Assembly: GCA_022605425.2 (NCBI GenBank)
Contig: CM061248.1
Coordinates: forward strand, 434,001-498,000
Source of the DNA: Hamiltosporidium tvaerminnensis FI-OER-3-3
Taxonomy: Eukaryota; Fungi; Microsporidia
Length of the DNA stretch: 64,000 nt
Direction of reading: 5' to 3'
The position numbers and the translations under genes are program-made. The notes beneath the pieces are model-generated. The model worked only from the letters and a program-made list of their open reading frames with translations. It searched no databases and was not told the DNA's origin. This document shows, piece by piece, positions 27,174 to 39,920 of this stretch (position 1 is the stretch's first letter; every line of letters begins with the position of its first letter).

Positions 27174-27900
27174 TGTGGAAGGTGGATAATTACATAAAAA
27201 ACTTTCTGCTTGGCAATATGTGTGTGAAACTGGTGTGAGGATCATTATTTTGATTTTATGTTGGAATAAAACCACACTAGATCTTCGGTTATTCCATGGG
27301 AGTTGTTATGAGAAGAAGAAGTCTAAGAAATGGAGAAGCTTTTTCTACAAATTTATTTGTAGTTTTTTATGCGACTGGATCAAAGACCGCAGCCAAACAT
27401 GTGGGTAATTGCCATGTAGAAGCATAGAAACCTAGCCTTGCTCACTCGGGTTAGAAGACTTAGCGCCTGTTATATATAAAAATAAAAATCATTAAAAGCC
27501 GGGAGAGCTAAGTAGCCAGTTATACCTGTTGGTATGACATTGCACTGTCTAGGTGGACCTCATATAAGTCTCTGGAATATATTTAGCTAGAAGTTTATTG
27601 GGTTCAGAAAGTTTAGAACAAGAAGGAATGCTGCATAATCTTGAGTGAGCCCAGGGGGCTTCTGCCTTCGATCACATTCTATGCAACGGAAATTAACGAA
27701 TTCCGGGCAACTGCCCTACCTATTAATTGGATTATACACACCGGTTAGATGAAAAGCTTTGAGATGTAGGTATCGCAGGGAGTACTGATGAAGTGTTGGG
27801 TAGCAGTTATTTATGTTAAACCTAGAACTGCGTTTATGTCATGAAGACAAATATAACACTTGCCACTGTTTTAAACAGATGGGATACATTTAAATAAAAC
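27174..27900 (+). mobile_element. ~730-bp non-coding retroposed element, copy D (full length)
   Basis: Colinear with 53221-53954; 11-bp TSD with one mismatch TATGCTTACTT (27163-27173) / TATGATTACTT (27901-27911). Confidence 0.92.
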
Positions 27901-29045
27901 TATGATTACTTCAATTATTATAATTATTCTACAATACATCTTGTTTATTTGAATAAAATTCGGAAATATCTTTCAAAAAAATTTTATACTTTTTAAAAAG
28001 AACATCAAAGCACCAATTTTAAAAATAATCATAAATATTTCATTCATTTAAAGTAACATTTATTTGTGTTAAAAATACCTTGTATAAAAATATTTTTTAT
28101 AATTGTCTTAAATAGTAACGAAATTGCAATTATTTTTAAAAATGTTTTGATGTACTTCTTTAAATAAAATCTATTATAAATGAAAACCAGTTAAGGAACA
28201 GGTACAATTTTTTTCCTAATTCGGATCTAAACTTTGGCATAACAATCGAAAAATCTCTAATTAGTAAAAAAAACATTTGATTTATAGACTCCGAATTTGA
28301 AATTTCTGCTCTTTGTTGCAATTACTCGACTTAATAATTCACCTAAAATAACTCATATGAGTTAAAAGGTATATATTTTGTTTAGTAAATTATTTTTATA
28401 TTTCAGTCCAGCGGATCCCCGCATAAACAGGGCCGCTTCCTATATTCTTATCTTCGATGTATCCAGTTATAAACAGGCAGGATCGCATATTTTTTATTTA
28501 TTTATTGTAGAATCATGTAATTTCAAAACTTTAAAATAATAAAAAAATAATTAACTTTTTTAAGAAATATAACCCTATGTTCCTTCAAATTAGATGTTTA
28601 AATTATTTTAATCTAAAAGTAAACCTGCTGCTATTGAAAAATATTTAGTTTAAGGAAATATCTTTTTAAAATATATATAGAAGTCAAAAAAATCTCCACC
28701 ATAAAGGTAAATACGAAATATAAACAGAATAATTAAAAACATTTAAAAATCTAATCTTATAAAAGAATTTATATTTGAAAATTAATTTATAATTTCAAAG
28801 AATTTAATCAATGAAGTATATAAAGAATTGAAACAAACGGTTTGTCTATAAAATTTCTTTGACAAAAAACTAAACATTTAAATCATCTTCTTTTTTGCTT
28901 TTATTTTTGTTTTGTGGCTTTACAAATACAAAAAGAAATCAAAAAAAATTTTAACTCAAAAATTCTTGGTGTAACGTTTTTGTATCAAAATAAAAAAAAA
29001 ATATATTTTAAAACTTTTAAAACAAATTATTCAAATTCTCCCCAA

Positions 29046-29675
29046 ATGTACCATAATTATAATAGAGAACCTTCATATCGACATTTAAATAGCTACATAC
29101 ATGCTATATTAACTCTTCTTAAGCAGCATGACCGCCCATTATCATTTAGTGAAATAAAACAATCTTTAAATATAGATCTGACACAAAATCGACAATTATT
29201 TGACATTCTTCACAAAAATCCAAAAATAACTTTTACAAATGACACACTTCTATTTCAACCTCTTTATAATATAAGATCAGCCGAAGATTTAGAAAAAATA
29301 ATGAAAGAATCGGAAGGAGGATTGCTTTTGAATGATTTACTTGATTCACCAGTAGATGTACAGCCATTTATAGCAGAACTGCAAAAAGAAAATAAGATCT
29401 TTGTTCTTAAAGACACAGATAATTCTCAGATTGTATTTTTTAATGGCACAATTCAAAATACAGCTGCACCCCAAATTAAAAGTTTATTTCATACAATTTC
29501 AGTACCAAATTATCAAGATCTCATCAAAGAATTAAATACAGCTGGTATTAAAAGCGGAATACAAGAAGAAAAGAAGAGATACGTTGTTGTACAAAAAAGT
29601 AAAGTAAAAAAATACAAAAGAAAAATTAAGATAACAAATACCCACATTAAAGATCTTAACCTTGACTTAAGTTAA
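29046..29675 (+). CDS. TFA2: Transcription initiation factor TFIIE beta subunit
   Basis: LKQHDRPLSFSEI, LHKNPKI..FQPLYNIRSAEDL, C-terminal KRKIKITNTH motif; ATG at 29046 preceded by CCC (ORF track starts upstream at a GTG). Confidence 0.88.
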   Translation: MYHNYNREPSYRHLNSYIHAILTLLKQHDRPLSFSEIKQSLNIDLTQNRQLFDILHKNPKITFTNDTLLFQPLYNIRSAEDLEKIMKESEGGLLLNDLLDSPVDVQPFIAELQKENKIFVLKDTDNSQIVFFNGTIQNTAAPQIKSLFHTISVPNYQDLIKELNTAGIKSGIQEEKKRYVVVQKSKVKKYKRKIKITNTHIKDLNLDLS

Positions 29676-29715
29676 CTTCAATAAACAAATTTAATTTAAA
29701 CACAAAAAATTGTTT

Positions 29716-30405
29716 TTATTCAGTTGTGTGATATTCCAGGCCTTCCACACTGTAAAGATGACAATCATTCAATAAAGCTTCAATATTTTCTCTTACCTCT
29801 TGTTCTGGATATTTATCTTTTAACATACCCACAACTATATCAACATGTATTCCTCTTTCATCTTGATTGCACCTGTAACAATTTATTATATCTTCTTTTA
29901 TTTTAGCAAAACTTTTATTCTCTGATTTTTTGACGTTTTTAGTAAGTTTAAGAGTTTTTAAATAGAACATATGTTGAAAAATACATTCAACAAAATGTTT
30001 AATAAAAAAATTTGTATCATCAATTTTAGATATAAATGACGCTCCGATTGTTTTAACACCATTAAATACTCTAATAGAACCAACTACTTTTAAAAGATTG
30101 GGTGGTTCAATAAGTCCAACTGTTTCTTCTTCAAATAAACCACGCGGCCAAAAGGCACATTCAATTGAACCGGTTGTATCTTCAACATTGAAAATGGTTC
30201 CTGTTGTATTGACACGAGTACTTCTTACGAACCCCATGATTTGAAGATTAGTTACCTCGACATCATCTATTCTGTAATCTGTAGAAGGTTCTTCAACAGG
30301 TGAATTAAGAATTTGTTTAATTGTAAAAGATCTAATTGTTCTCAACGATGAAGAAACTTCTCTCTTTGGTGAAGAATGAATATAACCGCCATCATCATAA
30401 CTCAT
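29716..30405 (-). CDS. RFA2: Replication protein A 32-kDa subunit
   Basis: RSFTIKQI, OB-fold VEDTTGSIEC, KVVGSIRVFNG, C-terminal winged helix (GIHVD..LLNDCHLYS); CCCC before ATG. Confidence 0.9.
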   Translation of the reverse strand: MSYDDGGYIHSSPKREVSSSLRTIRSFTIKQILNSPVEEPSTDYRIDDVEVTNLQIMGFVRSTRVNTTGTIFNVEDTTGSIECAFWPRGLFEEETVGLIEPPNLLKVVGSIRVFNGVKTIGASFISKIDDTNFFIKHFVECIFQHMFYLKTLKLTKNVKKSENKSFAKIKEDIINCYRCNQDERGIHVDIVVGMLKDKYPEQEVRENIEALLNDCHLYSVEGLEYHTTE

Positions 30406-31879
30406 AGGGGGTTAATAAAAACGAGTTATAGATATAAAAATGAATGCTTTATTTTTGGTTTGTAATACTGGTTTAAAAATTTAATGAAAAATTAGATAAA
30501 TGATTTTAAAAAAATATACGGAAGTTTAAAGGCCAAATTAAATCTGAAAATTACTTAGAAACCTAAAACTAAAATTATAAAATACTCGTGAGAAAAATGT
30601 ACGTAAATGGTTGTTAGAAGTAGGATTTTGTTTAAAATGAAATTTTACTACAAAATAAAAAGACTTATACAAAATAATAATATTTTTTAATTCGCTGTGC
30701 ATTGAGAAACTGAATATCAACTTTTGTGAAATTAAATTTTATGAAACAAGCAACATATGATTCTATATTTTAATTTGCGATTCATATTCCTATGGTTTTG
30801 AATTTTATGCAATAGGAAAAAATTATTTAACTTTTAATAGTTTTAAAGTGATTAAATAATCCAAAAAATTCTAACTAACTCGTAATTTTTTCTATTTAGG
30901 TTTTCCACATTTTTATTAAAGCCTTTAGACTTTGGTTTTTTCTTAATCTCAATAAAAGTTATGTAAAATCAGGCTGTTTTTTTTTGTTATCTTTGATTGA
31001 TTTTTCCAAATCATTTTTCTTTTTATTTTAACTTTCACTTCTATTTGACTTTTTTCTATGCTTTGAATAAGCTTAGATAACTTTATTTTATTCACTACCT
31101 AAGGTTCAATAATTTTAGTATTTGTTTGTTTTACACCTTCTTACGTATTATTAACTTCAATTATTGTTGTAAATGAGCATGATTAAGCTATATAATTAGT
31201 TCAAATATGACTAATTACTTCATTAGATTATCTACATCGAATTATCTAACATTGATGACAAATGATAATCAATGATAAGTATATTATTGGTCAGTATAAA
31301 TATAAGTATACGTAAGTGTTAAATAAATATGTGTTTTGATAATAATTTTTTATTTACTTTGAAAAAAACTAGTGGTAGTGGAACGAAAATACAACCAGTA
31401 TGTTTAGATTTTTATTGATAGTCGATGTATATTTTGACAACTTATATATTTATTTATATTGCCACACACATTATCCAATAACGAATTGTTCGACATTAAA
31501 TCTATTGATAAAATTGCGTTCACAAGTCAGCAAACCATATATTTTATTTGTTTTTTTGTTTCAACTATTTGAAGTGAATCTTGACAAAGAAATTTGAATT
31601 CAGAAGCACTATTTATTTATCTTACCATATAAAACATATATGTTTGGTTTAATATTCCATATTAAGATATCGGTTTTTATACGGGTGTCTACTTTTATTT
31701 CTGCAGATAAATTTTCAAGAATTTCTTGAATAATGTGATTCCTAACTTATTTTGAAGATTTGAATTTATATCTATTAAATAAATATATATCTGGACTCCG
31801 AAATACTTTTTATTTCGTTTGGTGTAGTCAAACACAAACATTTTTTAGGATCAAGTTCTCTTACTTTCTTACTAAATGT

Positions 31880-32380
31880 TGTTACGCCTCAATATAGCGC
31901 TATCCTCATATAATTGTAAACTTCCACCTGTTACGATCAAGCGCCTCCTTTTCCCATTCGTCTATTCCAAGATTACTGAGATCTTCTTTAATACCATCTA
32001 GCCATCTAGTTTTATGGCAAACAAGGATTCTTCGACCAGTGATTGAAAATATACACCCTTTCTAACACACTCCTTTCTTTCATTCGTTCAAGATGGCCCA
32101 GCCATCCGAGTCTGGTTTTTATCACTTCATTAACAATACTGTATTTCGATATGAATTTTGAATCTCGATTTTGTTACGAATTCGGAACTCTTCTAGCTGG
32201 TTCCCTGTCGGTACGTATATTCTAATATGATCCTTGCTACCATATACCCAGTATCACTTCATTCGTTTTATCAATATTCAAGGTTTGCAGCCGCAAGTCA
32301 TGGGTTTAAGAAATCCTCTACATCGATTTTATTTGCACCTACAAATACATTAAATCCTAAATATAACAGAAGACTATTTC
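31880..32380 (-). mobile_element. RTE LINE 3' fragment
   Basis: Minus strand encodes EVIKTRLGWLGHLERMKERS, the conserved RTE ORF C-terminus; remainder frameshifted. Confidence 0.75.
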
Positions 32381-32700
32381 ATCACGTGGTTTGATGTTTC
32401 CTTTCTAAGGATATCTTTGAATCAAGAACAAGAAAATCTTAAATTTTTTCTAATATATGTTTCCAAATGCAATATTGTGGTTTCTATTTTGGTGATATAA
32501 ATTTTCCAGTTGAGCTTTTCTTAGATATCATGATATTTCTTCCTAAATTACAAAATCATTTAATGAAGTATTTTATCAACTAAACAATGTATAACTTATT
32601 TACACTACTATTTATTTAAACAACCATCATTTTTTTGTTTTTATACATTAAGGGGTAGGTTTTAACTAAAGCTAATGTGTAACAAAACCCATTCCACTTA

Positions 32701-34986
32701 ATGAACCAAAATAAATTATTGGATAATTTTTATCTTTTCAAAAGAAAATTAGAATACAATGAATATTACATTCAAGAATTCAAAATACATGATATTTGCG
32801 ATCCTATTGATTCTTCTTATTCTATTATTACAAATGAAGATCTAAGAATTGAATTTTATGAATATGTAGAAGTAAATGGTGAAAATAATCAAAAATCAGG
32901 AAGCGCATATATTTTATATAAAATGGGAAAAGAGGGATTTGATTTTCAGTTTGTAGAATCAAATGAAACAACCGGAAGTTTTTTAATTTTTAATGGTAAA
33001 AGATATTTCTTTAAGAAAACAAATAAGAAAAACAATAGTGAAATTGGAATTTTCTTTCCGATTTTTATTGCATCCGAAAAAAGTCTGAAATTTAAAAATT
33101 TTTACAAGCATATGGAATCGATTGATGAAAATTTTTATGAAATAGAACTCTCTATTGAAAAAAATAATACATTGCGATCCTTTATACCGTTTTTTCTGTT
33201 TGAAAACAAAAAATATTTCGGAAATTTAAGTGTTCATACATTTATTTTTATTAAATCAGCAGATGAAACAAATTATGGATATTATATTCGATATATAAAT
33301 AATAATTCTGAATATTTTTTTGTAATGATTACATGTATAAATCATCATGAATTTATTTTGTTTTTAATCAATTGTTATAATTTAATGATGGAATATACTG
33401 ATTTTCAAAAAACCAATCTGTTTGAAACAATTATGGAAATTCCAATTTTTAATAGTAGTCTTTTCTCAGTTGAATATAAAAGAAATAAATTAATTGAAAT
33501 TGATAAAATCCAAAGAGATAATTTTACTTTAGTATTCGATAATGATTTTTTAATAAAAGTATTTTCACATATTTTTATGGAAGAAAGAATTGTTTTCCTA
33601 TCAAAATCTGCTTTTCAAATATATCAGGTTATTTTATTTATTTTGAAATCTCTTGCACCATTTGAATGGGACTTTTTAGTCGTTTCTCCATTACCACAGC
33701 AGCTTTCTTTTTTGTATGAAAGTCCCTTTCCATTTATTTTTGGAATCGAAAAAGGTACCGAAGATTTCAATTTTTAATCTTTAGATGTCATCGTTATCGA
33801 TTTAGATGAAATGTGTATTTTACGTGAAAATAAAATTCGGTATTTACCATTCTACGATGATTTGAAATATTCACTGAGTACATTTGAAGATAAGCTTTCT
33901 GTTATGAAGAGATATTTTTTAATCATCGAAAATAATATTAAAATACTACGAGAAAAGGCTTTTAGTAAAATATATGAAAAAAATGAAATTTTGAAAACCG
34001 AACTAATAACATTTTTAGAAGATTCTAAACGTATTTTCAAGGAATATGAATTTTTTAAAAATGAAGATGATTTTTTTAATATTTTCGGCGGAACTCGATT
34101 TTTTAAAAGATATTATCATAAGAAAAATTTCGATCAAATATGTCAGTATTCTGTAAAAATGAATGAAAATAGTGCCAAATTATTATTCATGCCATTTGTT
34201 TATATAGATAGTGTGAATAAAAAGGAATTGGAATTTGATTCAATAAAGGTTTGGATTAAAATGTTAAATCATTTTGTGAAAAAAGCAATATTGTTTATTA
34301 ACGAAAGAGGTTATTTAAAAGAAACAGCATTTTTGTTTTTCGGAAAATTATCAGAAGCAAATGATTTAGAAAATTTAACATTTTTTTTAAATTTTTTAAA
34401 AAGTCTAAAAATAGAAATTGATTCTAAAATGGTGGATAATTTAAAGGCAACAACGGATTCTAAAATCATAAAAAATAGATTTTTCGAATTTTTTGACCTT
34501 TCAAATTACAGAATAATACCATTGAAAATTTGTGACTGCAATATTTTATATACAACCAACAAAAAACTTATAGAATTTTTGAAAAAAAATATAAAAAGTG
34601 AAATAAATTGGAGTTCAAAAAACTGTCGATGTGGGAATAATTACAGTACATCTTTATTTATATATAAACTTGAAAATAGTGAAATTCATAATTCATTAAT
34701 AGTAAGATTGATTCTACCTGAAAATATATTTTTATTGATAGATTTTATAATATTAGAAAATGTTACAAAAGTAGAATTAATGGAGAAAGAAAAGGATTTG
34801 TTTTGGAATATTTTGTTTTATTTTTTATATTTTGATCTGCCAATATCAGCATCAAAAAATTGTCCTGAAATTGATTCAAATTATGAAATTACTGAAAATC
34901 ATTGGAAATCAGGCGAAAGACATCATTATGATGTTTTTGGGAGTCCCTCATTTTTGAAGGATGATGATTTTGATTATTTTCTTTAG
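32701..34986 (+). CDS. DENN-domain protein (Rab GEF-like) interrupted by one in-frame TAA at 33775-33777
   Basis: MEERIVFLS, LAPFEW...PLP...ESPFPFIFGI and, after the stop, DVIVIDLD are consecutive DENN motifs; ORFs 32701-33777 and 33811-34986 share a frame; CCC motif upstream. Confidence 0.75.
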
Positions 34987-36342
34987 AATATATTTCATTT
35001 TTAAATTTTATAAAATTTACATTTAGATAATATACGTTTTCAAATTTTTAATATTTTTTATGAAATTAAATTTGCTAAAAATCATTTTCTTTCAGAATAT
35101 TTGATATACATCTTACATGATTTAAGAATTTCTAAATTCTGTAATAGTGTAATTCAAAGAATTATATTTACAATAGATATTTTTTTGACATCAAACTTTC
35201 AATTTTACTTTTACATTATTTATTTATATAAATGGTTACTTCTGCTCTCATCTATCTTTAATCAAAATAATTTTTTCGTTAATAGTTACTTTGGAATAAA
35301 AATGTTTTGGTATTTAAGTCTAACTAAATTACTATTTGATTTGCCACTTTAATTAAATTTAAAAAGATTTGACAAAATAATTTTGCTTTATTTAAAAAAT
35401 AAAATTTTATCTTACATTTTTGTGAGGTAAATTTTCTAACAGTTATTGTTCGTTTAATAAATTATAAATGCCCTAAAACATAATTAATTTGTATGAAATA
35501 TTTCTAAATTTCTATCAAGTTTATTGGTAGTTTATTAGGTGGAATAAATCATATTTTATAATTTTAAAATATTCGGCTAAATTACAAAACAATCACTTTA
35601 TTATTTTCAATATGTCTAAACTATTCCTCAAGCTGTTATAACAATAAAATTTTAAGAATTATTGATTTTTGACCGTAATAATATTTTGTACTAATTATTA
35701 TGATCTTTCGGATATATTCTTTATTTAATACTGTAAATAAATATTTTTAGATTATAAATATAGGTATCTTACTTTGATCAAATTGGTTTTTAATATATAT
35801 ATTGGTTTTTTACCGTCTTTATTATATATATAGATGTACAATTAATTTTTTTAACAAAGCTATATAAAAAAGAAAACTGAATTTATTTCTTAACTTTTAG
35901 TAAATAATGTAGAAATTAAATGATTTCTTTGTAAATTATAAGTTTATAACCAGAAGTTTAAAGATTTTTTTATAAAAAATAATTTATGAATTAATTTAGA
36001 AGATAACATTCAAAAAGAATTGATTTAATAAAATTAATACAATGTTATGATATTTTTTATATTAGATTTATTTTTTTTAAATAGATTTTCTAATTTATTG
36101 TAATAATAGAATTTAATTTATCAAATTAAAATGTACTTTAGAAATTTCGCAAATATATATCGATTTCTTTTTTAATTATTTCTTTGTAAATTTTTTTATT
36201 TTAGATTAAAGACGATTTTCTTTCTACAATCATCAAAAATTTATTTGTTATGTGAATTTGTTTGAAGCAAAATTGTATTTTTATTTTAAGATTTCTAATT
36301 TTTAAAAAAATCGCTTTATTTCCGATATTTTTTCCTTCCCTT

Positions 36343-38349
36343 ATGAACTGGGACGAAAACCAAATATCAAGCATTGATTTATTAAATACTCAACCATTAC
36401 TAAGTGATGAAATAATTAAACAACAATATCAATCATTTATTTCTTCTTTCCAACACGATGAAAGATACATTTATCGTACACCTAAATCTATTATGAAAAT
36501 AAATCTTCAGCACCTTTCAGCGTACGATTTTCAATTATTTCAAGAATTAAAACGCAGACCTTTACATGTAATACAAATTTTTGAACAAGTAACTTCAAAA
36601 TTAGAATTAATTTTAAATGTTTCGCCTATTTCGATCCGAGCTATTGATTCTTCATATATCAATAAAATTATAAGAATACAGGGTATTGCAGTAAATGCGT
36701 CACAAGTAATTGTGAAACCATCATCTCTATTTTTACAATGCAAGAGTTGTCTTACTACACGAATTCTTGATTATATTCCACGTTCATGCTCTAATCAGTG
36801 TTCTATGGATCCTTTTACAATTATTCCAGAAAAATGTCAAGTATTGGATACTCAATATGTTAAAATACAAGAAACTTTTCAAGACATTCCACCGAATGAA
36901 ACTCCTAAACATGCGACTCTTGTTCTTGAAAATAATTTAATAAATAGAATCACACCTGGAAAAGAAGTATCGGTTACCGTTATTTATGGAATCAAAGAAA
37001 CTCATTCATATTTTAAAGTCATTGGAATAAATAGCGAAGAAAGAGATACGAAATGTTTTACGGAAGAAGAAGAACTAATGTTTAGACAAATTTCTAAAGG
37101 CGTTTTGCCCGATGAAAACAATTCAGAACCAAAAAATAATTCTGAATTAAAAAATAACACAGCTTATTCTTTAATTGTAAAATCGATTGCACCATTTATA
37201 CATGGAATGGAGGATGTAAAAAAAGCAATTGTCTGTTTATTGTTTGGTGGAACTCGAAGAATATTAGAAGATGGCATAACACTCAGAGGGGATTTAAATA
37301 TTTTGCTTTTGGGTGATCCTGGTGTAGCAAAAAGTCAGTTACTGAAACAAACGTGTAATTTATCCCCTGTTGGTGTATATACCAGTGGTAAAGGAAGTTC
37401 GGCAGCTGGGTTAACAGCTGCAGTGATAAGAGATTCCAAAGGTGAATTCTGTTTAGAGGGTGGCGCTTTGGTTTTAAGCGATGGTGGTGTTTGTTGTATT
37501 GATGAATTTGATAAAATGGATTTGAAAGATCAAGTCGCTATACATGAAGCAATGGAGCAACAGACTGTTAGTATAGCAAAGGCGGGTATAACAACTTCTC
37601 TAAATACTAGATGTAGTGTTTTAGCAGCAGCGAATCCAACCTTTGGTAGATATGATAATTATCGAAGCATAGGAGAAAATATTGATTTTGGGATCAGTGT
37701 TATGAGTAGATTTGATTTCATTTTCATAATTAAAGATGAATGTATTAGAAGCAGAGATGAAGAGATGGCTAGACATATAATGGGAATACATAAAGATTCA
37801 AAAAACATGGGTTTTTTAGACACGGAAATACTCAGGAGATATATTCTTTACGCTCGAAGTAAAATATTTCCTTCTTTAAATGATAAAGCAAGAGATAGAC
37901 TATGTGATTTCTATGTTAACGCTAGAAAAAATATTAAAAAATGGGAAAAAATGGGTGGAGAAAAAAGTATTATACCTATTACTGTTCGTCAGTTAGAATC
38001 CGTTTGTAGGTGTGCAGAAGCTTTAGCAAGAATGGAGCTTAATGAAAATGTTTGCGAATGGCACGTTGAAGAAGCAATAAGATTATTTATGGTTAGTACG
38101 ATGGATGCGGTTAATAAAGGATATTATATTGAAGGAATGAACAGAAAAGGAATAGTTGATGAAATAAGAATATTATGTGACAAAATCAGAGAAATGCTAC
38201 CAGTAGGAACAGGAAGAAGTTATGACAGTTTGAGAGACCGATTAAAGGATTATGGGGATGAAAAAATCAATCGAGCAATAGAATATCTCGTAAAATCAGA
38301 AAAAGTGGTTTTACGTAACATGGGTAAAGTCATTGTGAGAATGCCATAA
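36343..38349 (+). CDS. MCM5: DNA replication licensing factor MCM5
   Basis: Zn-finger CKSC..C..C, LRGDLNILLLGDPGVAKSQLLK, CCIDEFDKM, IHEAMEQQT, SRFD, IPITVRQLE; ATG at 36343 after CCC. Confidence 0.93.
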   Translation: MNWDENQISSIDLLNTQPLLSDEIIKQQYQSFISSFQHDERYIYRTPKSIMKINLQHLSAYDFQLFQELKRRPLHVIQIFEQVTSKLELILNVSPISIRAIDSSYINKIIRIQGIAVNASQVIVKPSSLFLQCKSCLTTRILDYIPRSCSNQCSMDPFTIIPEKCQVLDTQYVKIQETFQDIPPNETPKHATLVLENNLINRITPGKEVSVTVIYGIKETHSYFKVIGINSEERDTKCFTEEEELMFRQISKGVLPDENNSEPKNNSELKNNTAYSLIVKSIAPFIHGMEDVKKAIVCLLFGGTRRILEDGITLRGDLNILLLGDPGVAKSQLLKQTCNLSPVGVYTSGKGSSAAGLTAAVIRDSKGEFCLEGGALVLSDGGVCCIDEFDKMDLKDQVAIHEAMEQQTVSIAKAGITTSLNTRCSVLAAANPTFGRYDNYRSIGENIDFGISVMSRFDFIFIIKDECIRSRDEEMARHIMGIHKDSKNMGFLDTEILRRYILYARSKIFPSLNDKARDRLCDFYVNARKNIKKWEKMGGEKSIIPITVRQLESVCRCAEALARMELNENVCEWHVEEAIRLFMVSTMDAVNKGYYIEGMNRKGIVDEIRILCDKIREMLPVGTGRSYDSLRDRLKDYGDEKINRAIEYLVKSEKVVLRNMGKVIVRMP

Positions 38350-39015
38350 TTTATTTAAAAAAGTAAACAATATGTTTTTATTCAATTTCTTTCTATATTT
38401 TTTAAAGTTTCATCTTTTTTATATTTTTTTAACCATTTGAATTCTTTTTTGATTATTTTTATAAAAATCCTTAGATTCTATTTTGAAATCAATTTCATAT
38501 TAACTGATATTACAAGAATTGACATTAATTGATTTTTCAATTTTAAATTAATTATTTTCTAATTAAATATTTATAAGTTATAGGAATTTTTCAATATATA
38601 TTCAAAAAGACTCTTAAATGTAATATTTTTATAACTATGATAATATATTAATATTTAGTTTTGGCCTCATCAATAAATGTTTTATATTTAAAAGGTTTCT
38701 TACCCTTTAATAAAAGATTTCTCTTATTGTAATATCAGAGCATGAGACACGACTATTTAAGTTAATTCATGATTTTTTTTAGTTCGAATTTATTCATAGT
38801 GATTTTTGGGGGGTTCTTAAACATATTGATGCTACATTTCGAAATTTTAACTTGATTTATTTAAATATATTTTTATTTTTGTGTTTTCGAGAAATCAAAG
38901 CGTTCATTATTTTCTTTTCCTTAAAATAAACCAATGTGTTTGTTTTATAAAAGCCATAATGGCACTTATTGGTGAATTCGGCATTTGTTTTTTTTATTTT
39001 CTAATTAAGTCATAT

Positions 39016-39240
39016 TTTTATTCATCCTTGGCACTACAGCCATGTACGAGCCTTGGCCTCCCTTAGTAATACCGCCCACCGGTCTTTGTCCAGTGGGGTT
39101 TGTTTACATTTTCGGGCTACGTAACAAGGTGATTTCAAAGGGTGGGTTGTTAGCCCTACGTCCAACATGGAGGACTAGTTCCTTTTAGTCGCCTCTTACA
39201 CAAGCAGAGAATACTCCGAGCCAATTCTGCTCCCAGAATG
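39016..39240 (-). mobile_element. Bipartite RTE-derived SINE-like element, copy B
   Basis: Revcomp GGGAGCAGAATTGGC..CTGCTTGTGTAAGAGGCGACTAAAAGG..GGGCTAACAACCC..GGCTGTAGTGCCAAGGATG; flanking TTAAGTCATAT/TTAAGTAATAT. Confidence 0.85.
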
Positions 39241-39920
39241 ATGGATAAAAAATCTTATTTAAGTAATATAATTTGCAATTAAAAAATTTGTTTTAGAATA
39301 AAACTAATTAAGAGAGTATATATTTTTATCGACTAGAGTTGTTTAAATGCTTTTTCACTTTAATATTATGTTTAAGTAAGTATTTTGTAAGTAATTCAAA
39401 GATAACTCTTCATATTCTTATATCTAAATCTATAAAATCTTTATAAAAATTTACTCACAATTTAGTCTGTATAGATTTGTTTTATATCGTATTCACTTAA
39501 TATTGAAGGAAGACTCTTTTCTCGAAACATTATTATTTGTATAGATTCATAATTTGTAATCTAAGCCTGGTTAAATCACTTTTTGCAACAATATTCATAG
39601 ATTCTTTTTGTTAAAACTCTATGCCTTTTTATGCAATTTATGAACAAACTTAAATAAATATTTCAATTTAAATACTAATCAAATGATTTTAGATTATTTG
39701 AAGAAATCTAAAAAAGAAAAATTAAAAAACTAATCGGCATTAAAATGTTTCAAATATCCATTGACTTGATATACACGGTTACTCTTAAAATATTAGTAAT
39801 ACACGTAATAGTTATTCTAGTTTTCATTAAAATTCAAAACTTTCCTTTATCTGCTAAAATATTAATGCGATATAAAATTTATTTTTAATATAAATGATTT
39901 AAATTTTTAAAAGACCCTCA

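Noticed and set aside
33775-33777. Genome-wide TAA reassignment
   Set aside because: TFA2, RFA2, MCM5, ADAM and the zinc-finger gene all terminate at TAA at plausible C-termini
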